From assembly GCA_937143345.1 (NCBI GenBank), contig CAKZRD010000019.1, forward strand, positions 9,116 to 73,115: a stretch of 64,000 bases of DNA, given 5' to 3'. This document shows, one piece after another, positions 50,015-59,465 of the stretch; within the stretch, counting starts at the first letter, position 1; every line of letters starts with the position of its first letter. The position numbers and the translations under genes are program-made. Below the pieces are notes generated by a model, which worked only from the letters and a program-made list of their open reading frames with translations, did no database searches and had not been told where the DNA came from. The stretch comes from an uncultured archaeon (GTDB taxonomy: Archaea; Nanobdellota; Nanobdellia; Pacearchaeales; GW2011-AR1).

Positions 50015-50269
50015 ATGACAAAAAGAAAACAAAGCATTAGAAAAAAAGGGAAGATTTCACTTAGTGAATACTTTAAAAAATTAAATATGGGGGAAGTTGT
50101 CTCAATAAAAAAAGAAGCAAATATAAATTCTTCTTTCCCTAATAGAATTAGCAGTAATTTAGGAAAAATAGTTGGTAAAAGAGGGGCATATTTTCTTGTT
50201 GAAATAGGGAGCGGAAAAAAATCAAAAGAGTTCTTAATACATCCAATTAATTTAAGGAGAACAAAATGA
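50015..50269 (+). CDS. rpl21e: 50S ribosomal protein L21e
   Basis: GKIVGKRG.YFLVEI..GKKSKEFLIHPINL; synteny with rpoF and DUF655. Confidence 0.88.
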   Translation: MTKRKQSIRKKGKISLSEYFKKLNMGEVVSIKKEANINSSFPNRISSNLGKIVGKRGAYFLVEIGSGKKSKEFLIHPINLRRTK

Positions 50270-50574
50270 TAAAAGAAAAAATACCAATAACCATCGCAGA
50301 AACTATTGAGATAAGTGGGGAGAAAGAAAAATCAAAAAAATTAAAGAGTTTCATGAAAGAATTTAAAGATTTTACAATTTTAGACAAAAAGAAATCAGAT
50401 GAGCTAAAAAATAAACTAGACTCTTTGAACATATACAAATTAAATGAAGAAGCGATCGTAAGTCTAATTAATTTCATACCTAAAGATGCGCAAGATGTAA
50501 TGAAGATATTGCCAGAAATTTCACTAAATCTGGAAGAAATAAACAAAATATTGGGTGTTTTTAAGGAGGTTTAA
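50266..50574 (+). CDS. rpoF: RNA polymerase subunit F (Rpo4)
   Basis: PITIAE, LINFIPKDAQDV, EEINKIL; synteny. Confidence 0.82.
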   Translation: MIKEKIPITIAETIEISGEKEKSKKLKSFMKEFKDFTILDKKKSDELKNKLDSLNIYKLNEEAIVSLINFIPKDAQDVMKILPEISLNLEEINKILGVFKEV

Positions 50575-51111
50575 ATGGAAAAAGAAGAGTACGCAATCGT
50601 TCTTGATTTCCTTCCTTACGGTTACCCTTTAGAAAAAATTCATTTCCCTATTGTTCAGGCAATAGGAAAAAAAAATCTTGTTTTGTTACATTTAGTTCCT
50701 AGAAAAAATGTTCATTTTGAACCGAAAGAAATTGTTTATATTGGCGAAGAGAAAAGAGACAAAATTCATTTCATAAAAGGAAGATTACATAGAGAAAAAT
50801 TAACTGAAAATGCAAAACTTCTTCTTCCCGAGATCATCCAAAATTATATTAAAGAAAATGAAAAAGAAATTCTGGATTTTATAAATAAATCGGAAGCAAT
50901 AAATAAAAGACTTCATCCATTAGAACTTTTACCGGGTTTTGGTAACAAACATTGTCAAGATATTCTTAAAGAGAGAGAAATTAAACCTTTTGAATCTTTA
51001 GATGAGATAAATAAAAGAATTCCGCATATCCAAGATTTGAGAAATGCTATAGAAAAAAGAATATTCCAAGAATTAACTCATATGGAGAGATACAATCTGT
51101 TTACAAAATGA
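50575..51111 (+). CDS. DUF655 family putative RNA-binding protein
   Basis: EEYAIVLDFLPYG, RLHPLELLPGFG, KPFES; AGGAGGT SD upstream. Confidence 0.9.
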   Translation: MEKEEYAIVLDFLPYGYPLEKIHFPIVQAIGKKNLVLLHLVPRKNVHFEPKEIVYIGEEKRDKIHFIKGRLHREKLTENAKLLLPEIIQNYIKENEKEILDFINKSEAINKRLHPLELLPGFGNKHCQDILKEREIKPFESLDEINKRIPHIQDLRNAIEKRIFQELTHMERYNLFTK

Positions 51112-51566
51112 AAGAAGAACAATCTTTTAAGTCCTTGGTGAGAATAGCAGGCACAGACATAGATACAAACGCAAGAGTTTACAAAGGATTGACTTCTATA
51201 AAAGGAATTTCCTGGGCAGTCTCTAATGCAATATGCAAAAAACTTACTATTGAAAAAAATAAAAAAGTTAGAGATTTAACAGAGGAAGAAATAAAAAAGA
51301 TAGAAGAGAGTTTAACAAATTTAGATATTCCTAATTTTTTAAAGAATAGAAAAAGAGATTTCGAAGAAGGTGATGATAAACACTTAATAGGGACAAACCT
51401 TGCATTAAAAACTGAATTTGATATAAAAAGAATGAAAAAAATAAAGAGCTATAAGGGTATTAGGCATCAGTTGGACCAGCCAGTAAGAGGACAAAGAACA
51501 AAATCGCATTTCAGAAAGAATAAAAATAAGAGTGGCGGAGGGGTTAAAAAGAAAAAAGCTGAATAA
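51108..51566 (+). CDS. rps13: 30S ribosomal protein S13
   Basis: LVRIAGTDID, SYKGIRH..PVRGQRTKSHFR. Confidence 0.95.
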   Translation: MKEEQSFKSLVRIAGTDIDTNARVYKGLTSIKGISWAVSNAICKKLTIEKNKKVRDLTEEEIKKIEESLTNLDIPNFLKNRKRDFEEGDDKHLIGTNLALKTEFDIKRMKKIKSYKGIRHQLDQPVRGQRTKSHFRKNKNKSGGGVKKKKAE

Positions 51567-52027
51567 TGGGAATAAAAAGAAAAGACAACAAATATAGAAA
51601 ACCTAAAAAACCTTTTGATGGAAAAAGAATTCAAGAAGAAAAACAGATTTTGAATAAATTTGGATTAAAAAATAAAAAAGAAATTTGGAAAGCAGAATTT
51701 CAAATCAATATTTTAAAAGCAAAGGCTAAACAAATTATGAATTCTGACGAAGAAAAAAAGAAAAACTTTGTTGAAAAATTAAAAAGAAAGTGCTTTGACA
51801 TAAATAATGTTTTAGATGTCCTCGACTTAACAAAAGAAAATTGGCTCGAGAGGAGATTACAAACTTTTGTTTTAAAGAAAGGTTTGGCAAAAACAATTAA
51901 AGAGGCTAGACAGTTAATTACACATAAAAAAATAATTGTTGGAAAAAGAATTGTAAATATTCCTTCCTACTTTGTCACAAAAGATGAAGAAAATAAAATT
52001 AAATTGAAAGAAGAAAAAAATGGTTAA
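51566..52027 (+). CDS. rps4: 30S ribosomal protein S4
   Basis: FGLKNKKEIWKA, LERRLQT, ARQLITH, NIPSY. Confidence 0.95.
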   Translation: MGIKRKDNKYRKPKKPFDGKRIQEEKQILNKFGLKNKKEIWKAEFQINILKAKAKQIMNSDEEKKKNFVEKLKRKCFDINNVLDVLDLTKENWLERRLQTFVLKKGLAKTIKEARQLITHKKIIVGKRIVNIPSYFVTKDEENKIKLKEEKNG

Positions 52028-52403
52028 AGAAGAAAAAGCAATGATTGTTTATATTTATTGTACTCAGAATAATACTCACGTACAGGTTACCGATATGGCT
52101 GGAAATACTATTGCTAGAATAACTGGTGGATTAATAACAAAACATGACCGTCTTAAGGCAGATCCTACTGTGGCAATGTTCATAACAAAAAGAATAAAAG
52201 AACTAATAAAAGATTACGAAGTAAATTCCCTATATGTAAGAATAAGAGGAAAAACTGGGGAAAGTGGGCCCACACAAGCTGGAAATATGGTAATAAAAAC
52301 TTTAGCAAAAGAAGGATTTAACATTCTTTCAATAAGTAATTTTACGAGGGTTCCTCGTGGCGGACCTAAAAAGAAAGGGGGTAGAAGGGGTAGAAGAGTT
52401 TAA
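52020..52403 (+). CDS. rps11: 30S ribosomal protein S11
   Basis: NNTHVQVTD, KKGGRRGRRV C-terminus. Confidence 0.92.
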   Translation: MVKEEKAMIVYIYCTQNNTHVQVTDMAGNTIARITGGLITKHDRLKADPTVAMFITKRIKELIKDYEVNSLYVRIRGKTGESGPTQAGNMVIKTLAKEGFNILSISNFTRVPRGGPKKKGGRRGRRV

Positions 52404-52427
52404 AAATGCTTTCTTCAATTTAAAAAA

Positions 52428-53132
52428 ATGGAAAAAGTTTTCAAATCTCCTGAAAAAGAAGTTTTATTATTAGATAATAGCACAACATTAGCAAATGCCT
52501 TAAGAAGGGCTATTTATGAAGTTAAAACTCTTGCTGTAACTGAAGTTGAATTTTTCAAGAACGATTCTGTTTTATATGATGAGATACTTGCTCATAGGAT
52601 TGGATTAATTCCATTAAAAAATGAAAAAATAAAAGAAGGTTCTTTTATAGAATTACCATTAAAATTCGAAGCAAAAAATGATGGGGATGAAATTGTTTCC
52701 CAGGATTTAGGAAAACAGGTTGCAATAGATAATTTACCTATTGTGAGATTAAATAAAGGACAAAAAATAGAGTTTATAGCAAGAGCAAAAATTGGCACGG
52801 GAAAAGAACATTCAAGACATCTTCCTGGATTAATCTATTATTATCATTTAAATAAGGTTTCATTAAAAAAGGAAGCAAAAAAACATTTAGAATTGGCTGA
52901 AAGATTTCCGAGAGTTTTTGAGGTAAAAAATGAAGAAGTTGAAATTAAAAATGAATGGGCTTGCAATTTTGATGAAGAAGATGTTGATGTTAAAGGTGTT
53001 GAAATAAAACCTACAGAAAAAATTGTTTTTATTGTTGAGAGTTTTGGTATGATGCCTCTGGAAGAAATTATAGAGTCTTGCGTGAAAATTTTAGAAAAAA
53101 ATCTCGAAGAAGTGAAAAAGGAACTTTCTTAA
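52428..53132 (+). CDS. rpoD: RNA polymerase subunit D (Rpo3)
   Basis: LANALRR, NDSVLYDEILAHRIGLIPL, GTGKEH, VESFG. Confidence 0.93.
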   Translation: MEKVFKSPEKEVLLLDNSTTLANALRRAIYEVKTLAVTEVEFFKNDSVLYDEILAHRIGLIPLKNEKIKEGSFIELPLKFEAKNDGDEIVSQDLGKQVAIDNLPIVRLNKGQKIEFIARAKIGTGKEHSRHLPGLIYYYHLNKVSLKKEAKKHLELAERFPRVFEVKNEEVEIKNEWACNFDEEDVDVKGVEIKPTEKIVFIVESFGMMPLEEIIESCVKILEKNLEEVKKELS

Positions 53133-53299
53133 AAATTTATTAAAAAAGTTAAGATAATAAACTAAAAGAATATCGGAATTTAAAAAATTTATAATCTCTC
53201 TTATTCGAAATTAAATCTTAAACAGCTAATTAATCTTGTAATCATCTAAAACAATTATACAAAATCTTTTTAATTGGGAAAATGTTTATTTAATAGTTT

Positions 53300-53382
53300 G
53301 CGGAGATGCCGGAGTGGTCAAACGGGTCGCGCTAAGGACGCGATGGCTTTTGCCTGCAGGGGTTCGAATCCTCTTCTCCGCA
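53300..53382 (+). tRNA. tRNA-Leu(AAG)
   Basis: Acceptor GCGGAGA/TCTCCGC + A; anticodon stem TCGCG/CGCGA with loop CT-AAG-GA; long variable arm GGC-TTTT-GCC; T loop GTTCGAATC. Confidence 0.9.
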
Positions 53383-53421
53383 TTAGAAACTTTTTTAATC
53401 TTTTTTTATTTTAGAATTTTA

Positions 53422-53496
53422 GCCCTGGTAGCTCAGTTTGGATAGAGCATCGCACTCCTAATGCGAGGGTCGGAGGTTCAAATCCTCCCCCGGGCG
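53422..53496 (+). tRNA. tRNA-Arg(CCT)
   Basis: Anticodon stem TCGCA/TGCGA with loop CT-CCT-AA; T arm GGAGG-TTCAAAT-CCTCC; one acceptor-stem mismatch. Confidence 0.9.
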
Positions 53497-53533
53497 TTTG
53501 TAATCTAGAAAAATAATTAAATTTCGTATAAAC

Positions 53534-54979
53534 TTAATTAAATTTTTTAAATAAAATTTCGCTTTTTTTTATTTTTTTAATTTCTAATGGAACGTTGATT
53601 TTTTCAAAAGTATTTTCTCCGACTTCAAAATTAAAATCTTTTGCAACTTTTTCCATAGAAAATGGCATGAAGGGCCAAAGAAGAATTCCTATTATTTTTA
53701 TTGAGTCGGCGACATTATAAAGTAATTTTTTGTCTCTTGTTTCCCAAAGTTTATTTTTTTGTATAAATTCATTACAAAAATCAACAAAAGAAAATATTTC
53801 ATTTAAAACTTTATCAACTTCAAAATTCTCAAATAAAATTTTTATTTTTTCTAAATCGATTTTTTTCTTCAACGAATTTTCGCACATTTCCATTTGATTT
53901 TTTTCAATTAAATTAGAAATTCTAGAGAAAAGATTTCCTAACTTATTTGCTAATTCATTATTGTGTCTTTTAATCAATTCTTTCTCTGAAAAATCTCCAT
54001 CTTTTCCTTCTGCAAATGGGAATTGTCTCGCAATAAAATACCTTACACTATCGCACCCATATTTTTCAACAAGAGTTTTTGGAGAAATTACATTTCCTAA
54101 ACTTTTGCTTATTTTCTGTCCATTGAAAGAAAGAAAACCGTGAACAAAAATATGTTTGGGCAATTCAAATCCTGCAGATTTTAAAAAGGCCGGCCAATAA
54201 ACTCCGTGAAACCAGCCATTATCTTTTCCTAAAAGATGAACATCTGCGGGCCAAAACTCTTTATTTTTTCCAGCACCGGTTATATAATTAAACAGGGCGT
54301 CGAACCAAACATAAATAACATGTTTTTTATTCCCTGGAAATTGAATTCCCCAATCAAAGCTTGTCCTTGAAATGCTTAAATCCTTAAGTCCTTCTTTAAC
54401 TCTTGAAAAAAGTTCGTTTCTTCTTTCTTCTGGCAAAATAAATTTTGGATTTTTTTCATAAAGTTCTAAAAGAAAATCCCTGTATTTACTCAGTCTAAAA
54501 AAATAACTTTCTTCCTTTATAATCTCAGGTTCTTTGTTGTGGTAAGGACATTTTCCATCAATTAAATCTTTTTCTGTTAAATAATTTTCACAACCAACAC
54601 AATAATACCCCTCATATTCTCCGAGGTAGATATCATTATTTTTTTTACATTTCTCAATTACATTCTGAACAAGTTTTTCATGATCTCCGTCAGTAGTTCT
54701 TATAAACCGATTATAATTTATATTCAAAATTTTCCATGCTTCTTTAAATTTTTCAGATTTTTCATCAACAAATTTTCTTGGGCTTTCTCCGTTTTTTTCA
54801 GCTTCTCTTTGAATTTTTTTTCCATGCTCATCTAATCCTGTTAAAAACCAAACTTTCTCTCCTAAAACCCTATGCCATCTTGCCAAAATATCTGCTATAA
54901 TTTTTTGATAAGCATGGCCTAAGTGCGGATCAGCATTTGGATAATCTATTGCAGTTGTAACATAAAATTTTTTTGCCAT
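53534..54979 (-). CDS. metG: Methionine--tRNA ligase (short form)
   Basis: YPNADPHLGHAY, TGLDEHG, YVWFDAL, KISKSLGN. Confidence 0.95.
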   Translation of the reverse strand: MAKKFYVTTAIDYPNADPHLGHAYQKIIADILARWHRVLGEKVWFLTGLDEHGKKIQREAEKNGESPRKFVDEKSEKFKEAWKILNINYNRFIRTTDGDHEKLVQNVIEKCKKNNDIYLGEYEGYYCVGCENYLTEKDLIDGKCPYHNKEPEIIKEESYFFRLSKYRDFLLELYEKNPKFILPEERRNELFSRVKEGLKDLSISRTSFDWGIQFPGNKKHVIYVWFDALFNYITGAGKNKEFWPADVHLLGKDNGWFHGVYWPAFLKSAGFELPKHIFVHGFLSFNGQKISKSLGNVISPKTLVEKYGCDSVRYFIARQFPFAEGKDGDFSEKELIKRHNNELANKLGNLFSRISNLIEKNQMEMCENSLKKKIDLEKIKILFENFEVDKVLNEIFSFVDFCNEFIQKNKLWETRDKKLLYNVADSIKIIGILLWPFMPFSMEKVAKDFNFEVGENTFEKINVPLEIKKIKKSEILFKKFN

Positions 54980-55215
54980 ACTTTTTTTAGTTTAAGAAAG
55001 TATAAAAATCTTATCTATCCATAATTTTTAGGTATTCAAATAAAATTTTTCTGTTTTTGGAGTGGAGCGGAAAATTATTATTGAAATCTGATGCTTAATT
55101 TTGAAATTTGCGAAAACATTTAAGAAAAAAATAAAAATTTATGTTTTAAAAATCTAAAACCGACTTAGTTAAAATAAAAAAACAAATTTATAAACTTTGT
55201 TTTTTCAAGAAGATT

Positions 55216-55800
55216 ATGCGAGAATTTATTTATTATTCGAAATCTGCTGTGACATCTGGAACTTTTATAAAAGAAGATTTAATGCAAGCCGGGAGAATGG
55301 ATATTGCGATAAACGTTGTTATCTCTTGTTTTTTTCTTTCTCATGATATAAGGAAAGACGTTAGGCTTCACTTAGTTTTCGAAGGGAGGCCGAATCCACC
55401 AGTCCATATAAAAATAGAATACGACAAAAATTTACCAATTTCGAAGAAAGATGTTGCAGGTTTAATCAAGAGAATTTTGTTTAAATGTCCTCGTGAAAAA
55501 GGAAAAGTAGTTAATGTTTTTCCAGGCTGTTTTGTAGAAAAAAAATCATTAAATGAACTTATAGAAGAACTCGACTTGCAAGGAAAAAACATTTTTTTAT
55601 TAGATAAGAACGGGGAAGATATAAGAAATATTAATCTTAAAGGAAATGAAGTTTTTCTCATAGGAGACCACGAAGGATTTCCTCATGAAAAAAAGCCTCT
55701 CTTGAAAAGAATAGACAAAATCTCTGTTTCCCTTAAAACTCTTTTTGCTTCGCATGTTGTTGTTTTGATACATAATGAAATAGACAGACAAAGTATTTAG
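55216..55800 (+). CDS. trmY: tRNA (pseudouridine-54-N1)-methyltransferase (SPOUT)
   Basis: AGRMDI, FFLSHDIRKDV, FLIGDHEG, HNEIDR. Confidence 0.9.
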   Translation: MREFIYYSKSAVTSGTFIKEDLMQAGRMDIAINVVISCFFLSHDIRKDVRLHLVFEGRPNPPVHIKIEYDKNLPISKKDVAGLIKRILFKCPREKGKVVNVFPGCFVEKKSLNELIEELDLQGKNIFLLDKNGEDIRNINLKGNEVFLIGDHEGFPHEKKPLLKRIDKISVSLKTLFASHVVVLIHNEIDRQSI

Positions 55801-55835
55801 AAAAATATATAAAACAATTTTGCATTTATTTTAAT

Positions 55836-56114
55836 ATGAAAATAGCTTGTAAAATTATTGTTTCTGGAACAGTACAGAATGTCTTTTATAGAAGGTTTAT
55901 TAAAGAAAAAGCAGATAATTTGGGTTTATGCGGTTTTGTTAGAAATCTTCAAAATGGAGACGTTGAAATTTTCGTCGAGGGAGATAAAAACAAAATCAAA
56001 GAATTGATTGAAGAAGCAAAAAAAGAACCAAAATACTCTCTTGTTAAAAATGTCACAATAGAAGAAAAAAAATGGGTAGGTGAATCTAAAGAATTTAAAA
56101 TTTTGAGTTTCTAA
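55836..56114 (+). CDS. acyP: Acylphosphatase
   Basis: VSGTVQNVFYR, GFVRNLQNGDVE. Confidence 0.9.
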   Translation: MKIACKIIVSGTVQNVFYRRFIKEKADNLGLCGFVRNLQNGDVEIFVEGDKNKIKELIEEAKKEPKYSLVKNVTIEEKKWVGESKEFKILSF

Positions 56115-56146
56115 ATATTTTTAAAGCCTATTTTCTAAAGTTAATT

Positions 56147-57610
56147 ATGGGAAGAGAAGAAGAAGTTGTAAAAATAAGAATTGAAAAAATAGAAAGAATG
56201 AAAAAAGAAGGCTTTTTGCCTTATGATTATCGTTTTGATACTACGAGTAATATTATTCAAATAAGAGAAAAATTTTCTGAATTGAAAGAAGAAGAAACAA
56301 AAGAAAAAGTTTCTATCTCTGGAAGATTGATGAATATTCGTTCTCTTGGAAAACTTTCTTTTCTAAAAATACAAGATTACTCTTCGACAATTCAGGGAGT
56401 AATACAAGAAGGAAAGACTCCTAAAGAAAAAATAGAATATTTTAAAAAATTTGTAGATAGCGGCGATATAATTGGAATTATGGGAAAAGTTTTTAGGACA
56501 AAAACAGGTGAGCTTTCTGTTCTCATAGAAGACATAAGAATTCTCTCTAAATGCATTTTGCCGATTCCGGAAGAATTTTATGGTTTAAAAGACAAAGAAG
56601 AAAGATATAGAAAAAGATATCTTGATTTATTAATAAACGAAAAATCTCGAAGAATTTTCCAAATAAGAGCAAAAGTTATGGAAGCAATAAGAGAATTTAT
56701 GAAAGTTAAAGGTTTTATTGAAGTTGAAACTCCTTTATTGCAACCAATTTATGGCGGTGCTGCAGCAAAACCTTTCAAAACTCATTGTGATGCTTTTGAT
56801 AGTAATGTTTTTCTTTCCATTGCGCCAGAACTTTATTTAAAAAAAGCAATGGTTGGGGGATTGGGGAGTGTTTATGAAATAACGAAAAAGTTTAGAAACG
56901 AAGGAGTAGACAAAAACCACAATCCAGAACATATGACAATAGAATGGTATCAAGAAAATGCCGACTATAATGATGGAATGAAATTGTTCAGAGAGTTTTT
57001 ACTTTTTATATCTGAAAAAGTATTCGGTAAAACGACTATTGAATACAAGGGACATAAAATTGATTTAACTAAATGGGAAACGCTTTCTCTTGAAGACGCA
57101 ATAAAAAAATATCTTAATATTGACATCTCAAAAATAAAAACCGATGAAGAAGCAAAAAAAATTGCAAAAGAAAATGGTTTAGATGAAAGCAAGATAACAA
57201 AAATAAATCTGCCAGATGAATTAATGAAAATTTTTAGAGAAAAATTAATACAGCCCACTTTTTTAATAGATTACCCGATAGAACTTGCTCCTCTTGCAAA
57301 ACCTTCCAAGAAAGATCCTAAAAAAGCAGAAATTTTTCAGCCATTTATTGGTGGTTTAGAGGTTGGGAGAGCTTATTCTGAATTGAGTGATCCTTTCATT
57401 CAAGAAGCTTCCTTTGATGAACAAGAAAAAGAAAGAGAGAAAGGAAACGAAGAGGCAATGCCGACAGACAGAGATTTTATAACAGCTCTAAAATACGGTC
57501 TTCCTCCGGCTTGCGGGGTTGGAGTAGGAATAGAAAGATTAATGATGTTATTTACAGATTCTGAAACAATAAGGGATGTAATAATGTTTCCTTTTATGAA
57601 ACCTGAATAA
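56147..57610 (+). CDS. lysS: Lysine--tRNA ligase, class II
   Basis: RYRKRYLDL, GGAAAKPF, IAPELYLK, FRNEG..HNPE, YGLPP.CGVGVGIERL. Confidence 0.95.
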   Translation: MGREEEVVKIRIEKIERMKKEGFLPYDYRFDTTSNIIQIREKFSELKEEETKEKVSISGRLMNIRSLGKLSFLKIQDYSSTIQGVIQEGKTPKEKIEYFKKFVDSGDIIGIMGKVFRTKTGELSVLIEDIRILSKCILPIPEEFYGLKDKEERYRKRYLDLLINEKSRRIFQIRAKVMEAIREFMKVKGFIEVETPLLQPIYGGAAAKPFKTHCDAFDSNVFLSIAPELYLKKAMVGGLGSVYEITKKFRNEGVDKNHNPEHMTIEWYQENADYNDGMKLFREFLLFISEKVFGKTTIEYKGHKIDLTKWETLSLEDAIKKYLNIDISKIKTDEEAKKIAKENGLDESKITKINLPDELMKIFREKLIQPTFLIDYPIELAPLAKPSKKDPKKAEIFQPFIGGLEVGRAYSELSDPFIQEASFDEQEKEREKGNEEAMPTDRDFITALKYGLPPACGVGVGIERLMMLFTDSETIRDVIMFPFMKPE

Positions 57611-57619
57611 TTATCTAAA

Positions 57620-57781
57620 ATGTCATTAATAAATAAATCAAAAGTTAAAGAAATCTCGGAGTTACAAATATCGGAAGAATTTTTAGAAAAACTTGAAAAA
57701 GAAGTTGAAGATTTGATAAAAAAAGCAGAAAAGAGAGCAAAAGAAAATTCAAGAAGAACATTATTAGGAAGAGATTTGTGA
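57620..57781 (+). CDS. Short histone-fold protein (53 aa, absent from ORF track)
   Basis: MSLINKSKVKEISELQISEEFLEKLEKEVEDLIKKAEKRAKENSRRTLLGRDL*; histone-fold signature A...R.T....D. Confidence 0.85.
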   Translation: MSLINKSKVKEISELQISEEFLEKLEKEVEDLIKKAEKRAKENSRRTLLGRDL

Positions 57782-58243
57782 TTATCTTTTCTTTTTCTTT
57801 GTTTTTTTGTTTTCTTTTTTCTCAACAATTTCTTTTTTTGACCCAATATTTTTTGACAATTCTTTTATTCTTGCATGTGCTAACCTTAAAATATCTTCGT
57901 AATAATGTATTTTTCCACATATATTATTTAGAAATTCGTTTATTTCAAATACTTCTAATTTTAAAGAAGAAGGCTCCGTTATTTCTATTGAAGAAGGAAG
58001 CATTGCCAATATAATTAAAATTAAATCGGACATTGTTTTAGCATAAAATTCTATTTCAGCAAAAACAGAAAAAAATTGTTCTTTTTCTGGCAAGGGTTTT
58101 GGATCGGCAAATTTTTTTGATATGATTTCAATTCCTTTAAAAGAATCCATTCTTGAAACATGTGTCTTTAAAGTTTCTAAAAGATATTCTGGAGGAGTTC
58201 CAGCCAATTGCACAATTATTGTTGCTTTTATTCTTTCTGCCAT
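57782..58243 (-). CDS. Conserved archaeal-type hypothetical protein
   Basis: IVQLAGTPPE, FSVFAEIE, PSSIEITEP; Lys-rich tail. Confidence 0.7.
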   Translation of the reverse strand: MAERIKATIIVQLAGTPPEYLLETLKTHVSRMDSFKGIEIISKKFADPKPLPEKEQFFSVFAEIEFYAKTMSDLILIILAMLPSSIEITEPSSLKLEVFEINEFLNNICGKIHYYEDILRLAHARIKELSKNIGSKKEIVEKKENKKTKKKKR

Positions 58244-59106
58244 TATTTTCTCAATAAAAGGAAAAGAATAATAACGAGTAAAATGCTGAAAAAATAAATC
58301 CCGTATTTTCTGATTTTTTCTGTTTTTGACTCATAAACAACTTTCCCAGTGATTAGTTTATTTTCTTTCTCATCTAAACCCAAGTTTATAACTTTTTCCT
58401 TTTGTTCATTCGTTGTTTTTTCTTCACTTTCCTCGTTAAATTTATTTTCTTCTTTTTTATTTAGAACAATTCCTTCACTTTTTTCTTTAATTTCTTCTTT
58501 ACAAAAATTTTCTTCTACATAAGCTAAATTTTGCTCTTTGATTTTTTGTAACGAACTTTCTCCGATGCCTTTAACTTTTAAGAGTTCATCAATAGAACAA
58601 AAAGGACGAGAATTAATTATTTCCTGAGCTATTTTATCTCCTGCCCCTATTATTCTTTTTAATTCCGAAATTGTTGCAGTGTTTATGTTAACTTTTTTTG
58701 ATAGCTCGTTATTGACATTTTGGTTAGATATCATTTCTTCACTATTTTTTTCTTCATTATTAGAGGTTGTTTGTTCTCCTTTATTAATCGTATTCTGATT
58801 GTTTTCGTTGCTATCAACACTCTTCGAAGAAACGCATGCTAGTCCTTGTTCTTTAATTTTTTGAAGAGTTTTTTCACCTATTCCTTTAACCTTAATTAAC
58901 TCATCAACTGAATTAAAGGGGCGAGAATCAATTATTCTTTGGGCATATGTTGGACCGATACCATTTAATTTTTGAAGTTCTATAAGAGAAGCAGAATTTA
59001 TATTTATTTGTCCCTCAGAACAATCTCCTAAAACAGATTCGACTAATAAAACTAAAATAAAAAACTTCAAAAGATTAGTTAAAAAACTGCGAAAATCTTT
59101 TACCAT
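58243..59106 (-). CDS. ComEA-like DNA-binding protein with two helix-hairpin-helix modules and C-terminal TM helix
   Basis: ININSAS..ELQKLNGIG...RPFNSVDELIKVKGIGE module present twice; N-terminal signal; C-terminal TM helix. Confidence 0.85.
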   Translation of the reverse strand: MVKDFRSFLTNLLKFFILVLLVESVLGDCSEGQININSASLIELQKLNGIGPTYAQRIIDSRPFNSVDELIKVKGIGEKTLQKIKEQGLACVSSKSVDSNENNQNTINKGEQTTSNNEEKNSEEMISNQNVNNELSKKVNINTATISELKRIIGAGDKIAQEIINSRPFCSIDELLKVKGIGESSLQKIKEQNLAYVEENFCKEEIKEKSEGIVLNKKEENKFNEESEEKTTNEQKEKVINLGLDEKENKLITGKVVYESKTEKIRKYGIYFFSILLVIILFLLLRK

Positions 59107-59464
59107 TTTTTTTCAAATCAGATAATTCAATAACAAAATTTTTCCCGCTATCTTTTAATTCTTTTGGTGAAATAAAGAACCAACCTTCCCTATTAAATCT
59201 TAAAGCGATTACGGGAGTTAAACCAAAAATCTCCGAGAATATCAAAAAATTTTCTATTTGTTCTTTTGAAATATATTTAAAAGTGGAACTTGTTGATTTG
59301 ACTTCTACCGCATATTTTTTTCCAATTTTTCCTACGAGAAGATCACAATCTGCTTTTTCCATTACGCCACTTCCAGCCACACGGACAGCTCTAAAATTTT
59401 CGTCTAAAAACATCTTAAAAAGTTCTCTTTCTGCTTTGCTTCCTTTTGTTTTGTTTTTCGGCAT
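59075..59464 (-). CDS. hjc: Holliday junction resolvase Hjc
   Basis: KGSKAERELF, RVAGSG, DLLVG..AVEVKS. Confidence 0.92.
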   Translation of the reverse strand: MPKNKTKGSKAERELFKMFLDENFRAVRVAGSGVMEKADCDLLVGKIGKKYAVEVKSTSSTFKYISKEQIENFLIFSEIFGLTPVIALRFNREGWFFISPKELKDSGKNFVIELSDLKKNGKRFSQFFN

Positions 59465-59465
59465 C

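Noticed and set aside
53300-53382. Reading the Leu anticodon as TAA
   Set aside because: That register breaks the anticodon stem and displaces U33; only AAG fits a 7-nt loop
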